Shown piece after piece: positions 19,301-27,861 of a stretch of 32,000 bases of DNA. The translations under genes and the position numbers were made by a program. The notes under the pieces are model-generated. The model searched no databases and was not told where the DNA came from. It worked only from the letters and a program-made list of their open reading frames with translations. Numbering within the stretch: the first letter of the stretch is position 1; each line of letters opens with the position of its first letter. This DNA is from Okeania sp. (GTDB taxonomy: Bacteria; Cyanobacteriota; Cyanobacteriia; Cyanobacteriales; Microcoleaceae), in contig NZ_JAYKGW010000179.1 in assembly GCF_035285525.1 (NCBI RefSeq), positions 1 to 32,000 on the forward strand, written 5' to 3'.

Positions 19301-19670
19301 TGATGACTAATCACTGAAAAAGCTGATAACTGATAACTGAAATGAACCAACAAAAAATAAGTGATTGAAGAAGCAATTTTAATTCTTAAAAATCATTTAT
19401 AAACCTTAATTTTTTTTCGCTTGTAATTTAAGAGAAGGAGATTATCTTGACTTCATAGATAACTTATTTAAACATGAAATCCATGAAAGTTTTCATCAAA
19501 AAAATCTTGAATTTAGAGAACTCAAATAAGAGTTAATTAAATATTTTCTTTCATAAGAAATATACAGCAATTATAAATTATTTGTGATCAAAAACTTTAG
19601 GGGTTTGGTTTAAAAACTCAACGGCATCAAGTATCTGGAAATCAAACCCCTACAATAAAATTTTACCGAA

Positions 19671-19912
19671 TAATTAATAATTAAATAATTAAATAATTCC
19701 CGCCTTGAAGCCTCCCCTTTAAAAGGGAAAAAGCGGTCATTTTCAGCGCTTGAGCCGACATGAACGCTGCGCGACATGAAAAGCCGAGCTTCCCGTAGGG
19801 TGAGATGGATGAGTTCTCTAACCATATCTAATCTCCCCTTGAGAAATAAATTTTTTCCTTTTATTCAATCCTCTCTTTTTTAGAGAAAGGTAATTATCAA
19901 TTATCCATTATT
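19671..19912. repeat. AT-rich MITE-like repeat carrying a nested 111-bp insertion (19733-19843)
   Basis: The outer arms align with the reverse complement of 25271-25390. The insert contains CGCTTGAGCCGACATGAACGCTGCGCGACATGAAAAGC, a block also found inside 26891-27091 and at about 8745-8775. Confidence 0.55.
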
Positions 19913-19985
19913 AAAACCTATTTAGGATTGCTATAGTACAAACAAATCATAAAAAAATTGGCACAAGCAACGAAGAAGTTAGAAA

Positions 19986-20166
19986 GTAAGTATTCAGTTA
20001 TTATCTGTCAGCTATCAGCAATATAAATTTTAACTTTAAGCAAGGAATTTAAACGAATATAGACTTGAAAATTGGTTTTTTTAGTAATATAATATTTCAT
20101 TCTGAATAGTAAAGCTTTTATCACCAGCTAAAAGCTATAGCTGATAGTTGACGGCTGAATGCTTAC
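19986..20166. mobile_element. MITE-like element, GTAAGCATTCAGC-TIR family (181 bp)
   Basis: Ends GTAAGTATTCAG and CTGAATGCTTAC. Flanks are gTTAGAaA and aTTAGAcA. The right end abuts the stop codon (20168-20170) of the small protein gene. Confidence 0.55.
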
Positions 20167-20167
20167 A

Positions 20168-20431
20168 TTAGACAAAGATAAAGAGACAAATAAATAAGAG
20201 GATCAAAGCAATAGAAGCAAAAATCATACACCCACATCCTGCCTCTGTTGAACCAGAATTTTTGGGTTTATAACTATTTGTTGCTTTTGTTGATGTTTGT
20301 CTTGATTTCAATTCTCTTTCTCTTTTTTTTCTTTCTGCTTGTCGTTTTGCTTCATAAGCCGCAGCTTCTTCTTGCTCTTGTTTTTCTCTATCTATTTCTG
20401 ATTCTGTATCTCCACCCTCATCTGAATACAT
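20168..20431 (-). CDS. Small (87 aa) acidic/charged protein with a C-terminal TM anchor
   Basis: The ATG at 20431 is preceded by GGAGG at about 8 nt; the track's longer start lacks an RBS. It reads MYSDEGGDTESEIDREKQEQEEAAAYEAKRQAERKKRERELKSRQTSTKATNSYKPKNSGSTEAGCGCMIFASIALILLFICLFIFV, i.e. a charged helix followed by a terminal hydrophobic helix. Confidence 0.45.
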   Translation of the reverse strand: MYSDEGGDTESEIDREKQEQEEAAAYEAKRQAERKKRERELKSRQTSTKATNSYKPKNSGSTEAGCGCMIFASIALILLFICLFIFV

Positions 20432-20513
20432 AATAACCTCCAAATTAAAATAACAACTTACTTCAAACAATCTGAATAGGACAAATTTAAACCTATTTTA
20501 CATCAGATTTAAT

Positions 20514-20579
20514 GTAAGCTTTTAGCTATCAGCAATAATACTCTGCTCTTGTAGTAAGATTTGACTTTTGAATGCTTAC
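20514..20579. mobile_element. 66-bp MITE, GTAAGC-TIR family, with an 8-bp target-site duplication
   Basis: GTAAGCTTTT...TTGAATGCTTAC is flanked by GATTTAAT (20506-20513) and GATTTAAT (20580-20587). The paralogous leader at about 19205-19215 has a single ATTCAATC and no element. Confidence 0.7.
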
Positions 20580-20936
20580 GATTTAATCTACTAAAAAATG
20601 ATTTTGAAAAATCTAGCCCTAAAAAAAGTAATAATTTTAAATAATGTTAGCATATACAAGAAAAAATTACCTAGAAGTCAGAAGTTTTTATGAAGTTTGA
20701 AGTTATAACTAAGGAGATTATCTTGACTTCAGAGATAAGTTATTTAAACATGAAACCCACCAAAGCTTGTATCAAAAAATTCTTGAATTTAGAAAAGTCA
20801 AATAAAGTTTAACCCAAGGAAATGATTCAAGTGGGAATAATAAATCAAACTAAAGCATTTTTTTGTCTAAAACGCTCAAATATTTAGGGACTTTGCATAC
20901 AACTTCCCTACCTTCTTAGTTCTTAGTTCTTAGTTC

Positions 20937-22442
20937 TTACTTCTTCCTTCCAAATACTATTACATCATTTTCTTGATAATTCAATTTCCATTCTTGATTA
21001 TTTTGAAGACTTTTAAACAGAATAATACCCTCCTTTTCAGTATCCGGCCAAGGATGACGTAAATTTAAAACTACATAATCAAATTCATCTAAATTATCTG
21101 GTTCTGTTTGATTTAATAACTTCACAATTGAACGATGAGTAAAATGAGGAGCCAATCTATTATCTGTTAGTACCCCGCCTTTAGTTTTGACATAACTAAT
21201 TGCCTTATTTGTAGCTTGCCAAGTATCTAAACTACTCACAGGAGAAAATAAACTTCCGAAATTTCCAACTAAGAGAAATATTAAAGTAGACCACAAAATA
21301 ATTATGGGGGGATATTGAAAATTTGGTATTGGTAATCTCAGATTAAATTTGGGAATTTCTAACTTACTTATCCAAGTTGATTCTATCTGAATATTTTCAT
21401 TTTCTTCCTTCTTCCTTCTTTCTTTTGAAGAAGCTGGTGCTAAACAGGAAATTACTACTAATAATAAAAAACTAATCGCAGGCAAAGAATACTGATAATT
21501 TAAACTTCTCTGAAATGATATTTCCGAGAGAACATTGATTATAATTGTCGGAATAGTTGGAATTAGGGGGATAAAATTAGGTAAGATAGTTTTATTTGTT
21601 TGTCTTAGTGGAAATATCACCCAAATTATAGGTAAAAATAATAGAAAAATATATTTGATATTTTCCCAAGAAAATACTTTGCCTAAAACTATTCCTGGCT
21701 GTAGTAAAACATTAATTATAATTTCTACAACCGAATTTCCCAGATAACTATAACGAGCAACTCCAGCTACTTCTTGACCACTGAAAAAAGGAATAATTCC
21801 TTGAGTCACAACTATAAACCAAACCATACCTAAAAAAAGAGCAATTAAACCACAAAACTTACGCTTTTCAAAAGTTAGTAACCACAAACCCATAAAAGCT
21901 ACAGTTAATGATAAAACAGCTTTACAACCTAACACCCAAATAATAGCAACACAAAACCAAAAAATACGTTTTAGTCTAGCTGCTAAAATTGCTCCCAAAA
22001 TAGCAGGCAAAGCCATGACTTCTGCGTGAAAATCAAATAAATTAACATTAAAAATTACCGGGTATAAAAGATAAGAAATGGCGATCGCTACTGCTTGTCC
22101 TTGACTTAATCCCGCTAGTCTAGCTAAACACCAAGTAGGCCAACTTCCCAAAGCTAAACATAAAGCTTGTAGAAAAAGTAGCCAATGAACATCAGGATAA
22201 ATGATATAGAATAATCCGAGAGGATAGGCAGCCCAGGCTGCATGATCTCCCAAATAGTGATGCCCCAAAAAAGAAGAAATGGGAGATTTTCCTTGACTAA
22301 TTAAATATATAGCTTGGTCATAAATACCCAAGTCAAATCCAGTAGAATAAAACAAGAAGTGACGTAAACTGCTACATACAAAAAAAGTTAAAGTTGCTAC
22401 AATTATTAACTTACTCACAATAAGTGGTGGCAAAAGTATCAT
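20937..22442 (-). CDS. DUF2079-family polytopic membrane protein (GT-C-like putative glycosyltransferase), paralog 2
   Basis: ATG at 22442 (MILLPPLIVSKL); the track's 22457 start is a GTG. FDLGIYDQAIYLISQG, YLGDHAAW and FDFHAEVMALPAILGAILAA. More than 10 TM segments. The stop lies inside a TTCTTAG heptamer array. Confidence 0.65.
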   Translation of the reverse strand: MILLPPLIVSKLIIVATLTFFVCSSLRHFLFYSTGFDLGIYDQAIYLISQGKSPISSFLGHHYLGDHAAWAAYPLGLFYIIYPDVHWLLFLQALCLALGSWPTWCLARLAGLSQGQAVAIAISYLLYPVIFNVNLFDFHAEVMALPAILGAILAARLKRIFWFCVAIIWVLGCKAVLSLTVAFMGLWLLTFEKRKFCGLIALFLGMVWFIVVTQGIIPFFSGQEVAGVARYSYLGNSVVEIIINVLLQPGIVLGKVFSWENIKYIFLLFLPIIWVIFPLRQTNKTILPNFIPLIPTIPTIIINVLSEISFQRSLNYQYSLPAISFLLLVVISCLAPASSKERRKKEENENIQIESTWISKLEIPKFNLRLPIPNFQYPPIIILWSTLIFLLVGNFGSLFSPVSSLDTWQATNKAISYVKTKGGVLTDNRLAPHFTHRSIVKLLNQTEPDNLDEFDYVVLNLRHPWPDTEKEGIILFKSLQNNQEWKLNYQENDVIVFGRKK

Positions 22443-22600
22443 ATTTTTAAGTCCCACATTCCCAAGTCAATGCTGACTAACGCCTATATGATATCATGAC
22501 TTACGCAGTGACAATAATTGTAGTCACAATATCCAGAATAATTCCGGAATTATACACCATATATAGAAGTCCTCAGTGAGTCCTGATATTTTGTCTGTGC

Positions 22601-23461
22601 TTATAGGGCGCGAATGCCTTGGTTTGTAATCTCTAATACCCTATTGTCTTGAAATGGTTCAATTAAAAACCCCTTGCGGTTCTTAGACTTAATCAAGTGC
22701 AATGAGCCAACTTCCTGTTGGGTGAGGCAATCTGTTAAACAGCCCTTTTCCCAATGATATCGCCAGTTTCGGCTTTGATTCATACCACCGCAATCATTAT
22801 GAACTAAACTCATCAGATTGCGAATTTTGATTGACTCCTGTTCCACAATTTGTCTAAGGGCCATAATCCCTTTCACCCCGCACTCGTCAAATCTATAATT
22901 CTGGGCAGAGCGAAAAATTTCTAAGTGGTTTGGGTTTTTCTTGAATAACAAGTTCATTGTTTCGGTATTTCGATACAAAGTCATATAGCCAGGGTTCCCC
23001 TGGGATGAACTCACCATGTCATATCCATCCAAATTTTCAGGAGTCAAAAAGGAGCCTAAATTCCCGATGACCATATCAATATCGCAATACCCCCAAAAGT
23101 CATATACTTTTAAGTAATCAGAAAAAACAAATCCATAGGTTGGCTTCAAATCACAGAGTTTATAGGGCTTAAAATTCTCAAATTTCAGACCTAATTTTTG
23201 CTCAAATAGTTGCACTAATCTAGACAACTCCATGCCATGAAAGGTGACGTCACAGGTTTGATATTTTGCATACTTGTCCTTGTAAGAGATATTCGTCAGA
23301 ATTTTGAGGTCAATTAAGGTGTTTTGCCTAAAAGTTCCGATGAAATGTTCAAAGTAGCGAGGAAACTGGCGAGGATTGAAGACTTTTCTCAGCTTTCGAT
23401 TTCGGATGAGAGACAGTCGGGTTTCTGAAAAGAAGGGAATGATTAAACAGATAGAGGCCAT
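22601..23461 (-). CDS. DUF6625-like putative glycosyltransferase
   Basis: 286-aa ORF. PRYFEHFIGTFRQNTLIDLKILTN and YKLCDLKPTYGFVFSDYLKVYDFWGYCDIDMVIGNL match my memory of the DUF6625 signature found in polysaccharide loci. No TM segments. Confidence 0.55.
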   Translation of the reverse strand: MASICLIIPFFSETRLSLIRNRKLRKVFNPRQFPRYFEHFIGTFRQNTLIDLKILTNISYKDKYAKYQTCDVTFHGMELSRLVQLFEQKLGLKFENFKPYKLCDLKPTYGFVFSDYLKVYDFWGYCDIDMVIGNLGSFLTPENLDGYDMVSSSQGNPGYMTLYRNTETMNLLFKKNPNHLEIFRSAQNYRFDECGVKGIMALRQIVEQESIKIRNLMSLVHNDCGGMNQSRNWRYHWEKGCLTDCLTQQEVGSLHLIKSKNRKGFLIEPFQDNRVLEITNQGIRAL

Positions 23462-23696
23462 AGGAAATATAATAAAGTCGATATTTTTTGAGCAAAGTTT
23501 TTTTCACTAACTTGATTGCTAAATCACGTTTTTTGACAAATTCTTTATCTTCCTTCACCTTTGGTAAAGATGTTGATTTATTACAGCAATCAATCCGATC
23601 CCTGGGAGTCAGTTGGATGGTGGTAGATTATTTATTATGAACTAAAGTTTACCACATAAAGCATTAAATCATGGTAATAAAAACCGTTTCGGTTTC

Positions 23697-24557
23697 TTAG
23701 TTGGGATTTTCCACAAAACTACAATATTTAGAAAGTATTGAAACACAATTTTCAAACCCCTTCATGCCTTCTGCGATTGATTTTGGAGTTATTTTTTGTT
23801 TTAATTTTCTAGGATTTCTGTCAATAATACCTTTGTTGATTTTCCCTTTAGAATCACCTATTCCGGGTATTCCTGTTTTATTTGTTACTTCGTATTCTTC
23901 TGAAAATTCTGATTGTGTTCCCAGAAATTTTTTGAAAGCATCAAAAACAATATCTGTCTGATTGAGCAGTTGATTATGGGTAATTACTAAACTGCGTTCT
24001 TTGCTATTGATTAACTTTCCATATCTTTCTAAAGTTGATAAGCGTTCTAAATAGTAATTTAATGCTTTTTCTTCACTCCAGTGTGGCTTTAGGTCGAGAA
24101 GACTAGCTATTGTTCTCTCTGGCTCTCTAAGGAGAAATATACTATATAAATTTTCCGAATTTAATAAATTTTCATCTAAAAAAAGATGATTGTGTAAAGT
24201 TTTATCGAGAATATATTTATGATTCATTCTCAACTTTTTTAATTCTGGAAAACTGCGAATATTTTGGGTTTTACGATACACTTTAAATACTAATTTATTC
24301 AAATCAAATTCATTAGTATATTGAATGTGAGTTTCGCCATATCCTAAAATTTCCTTATGAGAACTTAATATATTAGTTAGTAATGAAGAACCAGAACGCA
24401 TGTGACTGAGAATAAAGATGAACTTGTATGGTTCCGGTCTAAACATCACTCGGTATGGGTCTTTGACTTGATTAATTCTCAAGTCATAATATTTACGAAC
24501 TATATCATTTTTAATAATTCGGATAGATTGACGTGTTTCCTTGATGAAATTCTTCAT
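23697..24557 (-). CDS. Sulfotransferase-family protein (PAPS-dependent)
   Basis: 286-aa ORF. FIFILSHMRSGSSLLTNIL is a 5'-phosphosulfate-binding loop. FLLREPERTIASLL resembles the 3'-phosphate-binding RxxxxS strand. Confidence 0.75.
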   Translation of the reverse strand: MKNFIKETRQSIRIIKNDIVRKYYDLRINQVKDPYRVMFRPEPYKFIFILSHMRSGSSLLTNILSSHKEILGYGETHIQYTNEFDLNKLVFKVYRKTQNIRSFPELKKLRMNHKYILDKTLHNHLFLDENLLNSENLYSIFLLREPERTIASLLDLKPHWSEEKALNYYLERLSTLERYGKLINSKERSLVITHNQLLNQTDIVFDAFKKFLGTQSEFSEEYEVTNKTGIPGIGDSKGKINKGIIDRNPRKLKQKITPKSIAEGMKGFENCVSILSKYCSFVENPN

Positions 24558-25270
24558 ATTTCACAGAAATTCTTTTTTTTTCAATCATAGCTCATTTATG
24601 AAATAAAAGCAATATTTACTCATTTCTTAACATTATAAATTACATTATTTTTCCAATCTTATGACTTCAGATGAACTTAAACAAAAGTATAAAAAAATGT
24701 AGACCCAGAGACTCAATAAAGTGGCATTTATTGTGGGAAAATAATTATACCTATTCCCATGCTTATGAGGTAAAAATTTCCTGGTTTTAGGGAGCAGGAA
24801 ATAGGGAATAGGGAATAGGATAAAAATCAAAATAGATGTACCTTATGACTATAGTAAACGCTATATACATCTCGAATAATAAAAAATAAAATCAATTACC
24901 CCACTCTTATTCACCAATTCTTTATCCTTGCTTCCGGCTCATTAATACTTCTTTTCTAGAAATGTTTATTATACCTGAACTTTCCCTCTAATAAAAAGCT
25001 AGTATGGGACTATCCACAGGTAGTTAAAGGTAATTTTTTAACTACCCGTTACTGAGTAAAATAGCTCTGAGGCTTTACCACTTCATTATTCTGAGCAACT
25101 TTATCTATAGTATTATATTAGCTCTGCAATCTAATCCAGAAATTATCAATTATTTCTTCCTGTTCCCTGTCCCCTACCTCAACTAGGAAATTTATTTGGC
25201 ACGACTACTTATAATCAGTAAATCATTGCATTATATAAGTAAGTTGGTATGAAAAAAACTAAGTATTTCA

Positions 25271-25390
25271 ATAATGGATAATTGATAATTACCTCTCCCT
25301 AAAAACGGATAGGATTGAATAAAAGGAAAAAATTTATTTTTTTTCCCTTAAAAAAGGAGGCTTCAAGGCGCTAATTATTTAATTATTAAT
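25271..25390. repeat. AT-rich MITE-like repeat, uninterrupted copy
   Basis: See 13381-13505 and 19671-19912. Confidence 0.55.
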
Positions 25391-26196
25391 TCTTTGGGAA
25401 CAAAAAGTAAAGTAGCTCTGAAACCTATTCCATTCTTACTTCTCCCCTCTGCCTTCTGCCTTCATGTAACGATAAATTTTAACGCCTACCTACTTAGTTT
25501 ATAGCCAAATTTAGCTAGGTAATCTTCTAGGGGGAAAGGAGTAAGTAAGGCTGACAAGTAGTTACCCCTCCCAAGATATTTGCAATTCCCTTTATCAAAG
25601 TGGATTTTCTATAAAAAGACAAAAATATGATTTTACCTCACAAACTTGAAAAGCGCTATACATTTTCTTGTACTTTACGATAACTTCATATTAATCATAA
25701 TATTCTATTTTCACTCGATATAAATGACTAAGTAACATTTTTGACTTTTTTGTTTTTATCAGTATAATTTTGGTTTCAAACCTATATTAATATAAATATA
25801 GTAATCTAATTTTCATCCTATCCAAAATTCCGTTACTTTCAGCGAATAAGGAACAGAGAAAAGGAAATAGATAAAAGTTTCGGGGGTTTTGATTTACTCC
25901 TTGATTTGTTACAACCAATTTAGGATGGTTATATAACTTCAGTATATTAAATTTGTTAGGTATAAAATAATCATAGACTTAGATAAAATATTTCTGGATA
26001 AACACTATTGAAGTGAGTTATATCATCTCCAGTTGAATAGTCCCACTTTCCAGGAAGGAAGGCACTTATGCCAAAGGCAGAAGCCATAAAGAAAAGAAAG
26101 GTTCAAAGGAAAAAGGTTTTTTTCACTGATTATCCGGATATGATATTAAATTCCAGAAAAGTTTTGTAAAGATTCAGTAAATTTATAGACAAATGC

Positions 26197-26226
26197 TTGT
26201 CATTCTTAAGTAAGAATGGCTATAGT
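26197..26226 (+). promoter_or_regulatory. Candidate sigma70-type promoter with a palindromic spacer (copy 1)
   Basis: TTGTCA, an 18-nt spacer, then TATAGT. The spacer region contains the perfect palindrome CATTCTTA-AG-TAAGAATG. Confidence 0.3.
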
Positions 26227-26488
26227 GTATTTGTCAGGGAAAAAAAGTTCACTAACTATTCAAAATAGAGAGAAGAACTTCAAAGTTTATATCTACACAA
26301 ATATTTCAAGAAACTAATCATTATCTTCAATAGTTTCAAAATGTTCATTTACTAGGACGTGTCATCTATCAAAAACCATAATCTTTCTTCTGGTTGTAGT
26401 TATAGTGAGTAAGGTGGGAGAAATTCCAATATTATTCCCTATATTTATTCAGAATTTTCAAAGATTCAGTAAATTTCTAGATAAATGG

Positions 26489-26518
26489 TTGTCATTCTTA
26501 AATAAGAATAGCTATAGT
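26489..26518 (+). promoter_or_regulatory. Candidate sigma70-type promoter with a palindromic spacer (copy 2)
   Basis: TTGTCA, an 18-nt spacer, then TATAGT. The palindrome is ATTCTTA-A-TAAGAAT; the two substitutions relative to copy 1 keep it symmetric. Confidence 0.3.
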
Positions 26519-26890
26519 GTATTTATCAGGAAAAAAAAGTTCACTAACTATTCAAAATAGAGAGAAGAACTTCAAAGTTTATATCTACAAAAATATTTCA
26601 ATAAACTAATCATTGGTACTGGTGCTGCTACTTTAAATAGTTCTATAAATATTATCTAAGCATTCAACTATTAGCATTCAGCTCTCAGCAATAAGACTTC
26701 AATAAATGTAGTAATATTTAATTGGAGATACTTCAATATCCACTCTTAAAAATGTGGTTCAAAGAAAGCTTTTATCGTGCAACCAAAAGCAATAAATAGC
26801 TAATAGCTAATAGTTGAATTGCCCAGTTCGACCAAGGAAGCTAGCTGACGGCTGTTTGTCCAGTATTCCGTAGGAAATTATTACAATATC

Positions 26891-27091
26891 AGGACTTACC
26901 CATGAACCTTATTATTAGGGTGCGTTGTTGCGCTTCGTATAACTCCGTTAACGGCGCTTGAGCCGACATGGAAACGCAGCATTCCCTATACGAAAACGCT
27001 GCGCGACATGGAAAGCGGAGCATTCCCTATACGAAAAAGCCTATCTTGTAACGCACCGATACCCTATATATAGTCCCTTTGCGTAAGTCCT
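26891..27091. mobile_element. MITE-like element, AGGACTTAC-TIR family (201 bp) with an internal ~40-bp tandem duplication
   Basis: TIRs AGGACTTAC (26891-26899) and GTAAGTCCT (27083-27091). The interior repeats GACATGGAAA(C/G)..GCATTCCCTATACGAAAA twice (about 26965-27041). Confidence 0.65.
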
Positions 27092-27227
27092 AAATATTAT
27101 ACTAAATCCGGTTTAGAAAAGCTGATAAAAATTACTCATAAACTAGCCAATGATAATTAGTTAATTTTTTGACTTCTGAAGTCATTTTTTTTAATACATG
27201 ACAACAATATACTAAAACTTCTTCTAT

Positions 27228-27369
27228 ATCTTCAAAGAGTTTCAAAATCTTCATTGACTAGGGCATGTTATCTATCAAATACCATAATCTTGGTGCTGGT
27301 TGTATTTCTAGTGAGTACGGTGGGAGAAATTCCACTATTATTCCTTATATTTATTGATAATTTTCAAAG
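27228..27369 (+). repeat. Second, diverged copy of tandem-repeat unit B
   Basis: Aligns with 26323-26462 at roughly 85 percent by eye, including GGTGGGAGAAATTCCA.TATTATTCC.TATATTTATT. Confidence 0.75.
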
Positions 27370-27861
27370 GATATTGATAGTTTAATCCCACAGCGAAACG
27401 CTGTATTTTTAATTATTCATCCTCAAGAAATTTTCCACAATAGATACCATCACGAGTATTTCTACAGGGTCTCTACAAGTTCTATATTTTTCCTTCACCC
27501 TCTAAACTCAAATGAGAGGCTAAATAGACTTTTTTTAAGGATTTATAGTTTTAATTTTGTATTCAGTCTGGAGGAAGGTAAAAAGTAAGCTGAAAAACTT
27601 TTGGAATAAGCTTTTCAGTCAACCTCTATCTAGCAAAAATTAGACGTCAGGATGGGCTATTTAAGGTACTAACTGACTAGATGCCTGAATACCCTAATTT
27701 ATCCTTAATATTCCCAATATGAAGGCTAATTGAAGATAGTATCTATCAGAAGAATGTTGTCTAAAACCATTGTTAAGTAAGACTTACAGGCAGTCTCCCC
27801 CCAGATATTCAGTTTATTATAACCGGATTTGGTAGAAGTCCAATTTAGGGAAATAATTTTG

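Larger units (their letters stand above)
26171..26614 (+). repeat. Tandem repeat, 292-bp period: unit A (26171-26322), unit B (26323-26462), unit A' (26463-26614)
   Basis: A and A' are both 152 bp and differ at 9 positions by my count, with a 52-nt identical core (AGTTCACTAACTATTCAAAATAGAGAGAAGAACTTCAAAGTTTATATCTACA). Unit B recurs at 27228-27369. Confidence 0.85.

Noticed and set aside
19474-19536. A 20-codon plus-strand ORF retained, with the same length, in both copies of the conserved upstream module (MKSMKVFIKKILNLENSNKS here; MKPTKACIKKFLNLEKSNKV at 20750-20812)
   Set aside because: About 9 of about 11 nucleotide differences are non-synonymous. No RBS lies within 15 nt, and the ORF is on the strand opposite the surrounding operon. 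Conservation of the ORF is more likely a by-product of conserved DNA or RNA.
19610-19825. 71-aa minus-strand ORF
   Set aside because: It lies entirely within dispersed repeat sequence (the GGGGTTTGG hairpin repeat plus the nested MITE insert), which recurs elsewhere in non-coding contexts.
24645-24830. 61-aa minus-strand ORF upstream of the sulfotransferase
   Set aside because: It covers the GGGAATAGGGAATAGG repeat tract and has no RBS. The 27726..27923 ORF is rejected for a similar reason: it is antisense to the start of the large gene.
26123-26128. A TCCGGA hexamer (the DIF-type heterocyst promoter motif) just upstream of the tandem repeat
   Set aside because: No acceptable -10 box lies at the right distance (17-18 nt) downstream. 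The hexamer is part of a recurring ACCGGATATGATA-type repeat end, also seen near 31875.
26068-26169. 33-codon basic ORF (MPKAEAIKKRKVQRKKVFFTDYPDMILNSRKVL) with an AGGAAGG tract upstream
   Set aside because: Part of it is built from the GGCAGAAGGCAGAAGG-type repeat, and there is no second copy or other support. It is kept only as a note under the ORF-free-region finding.
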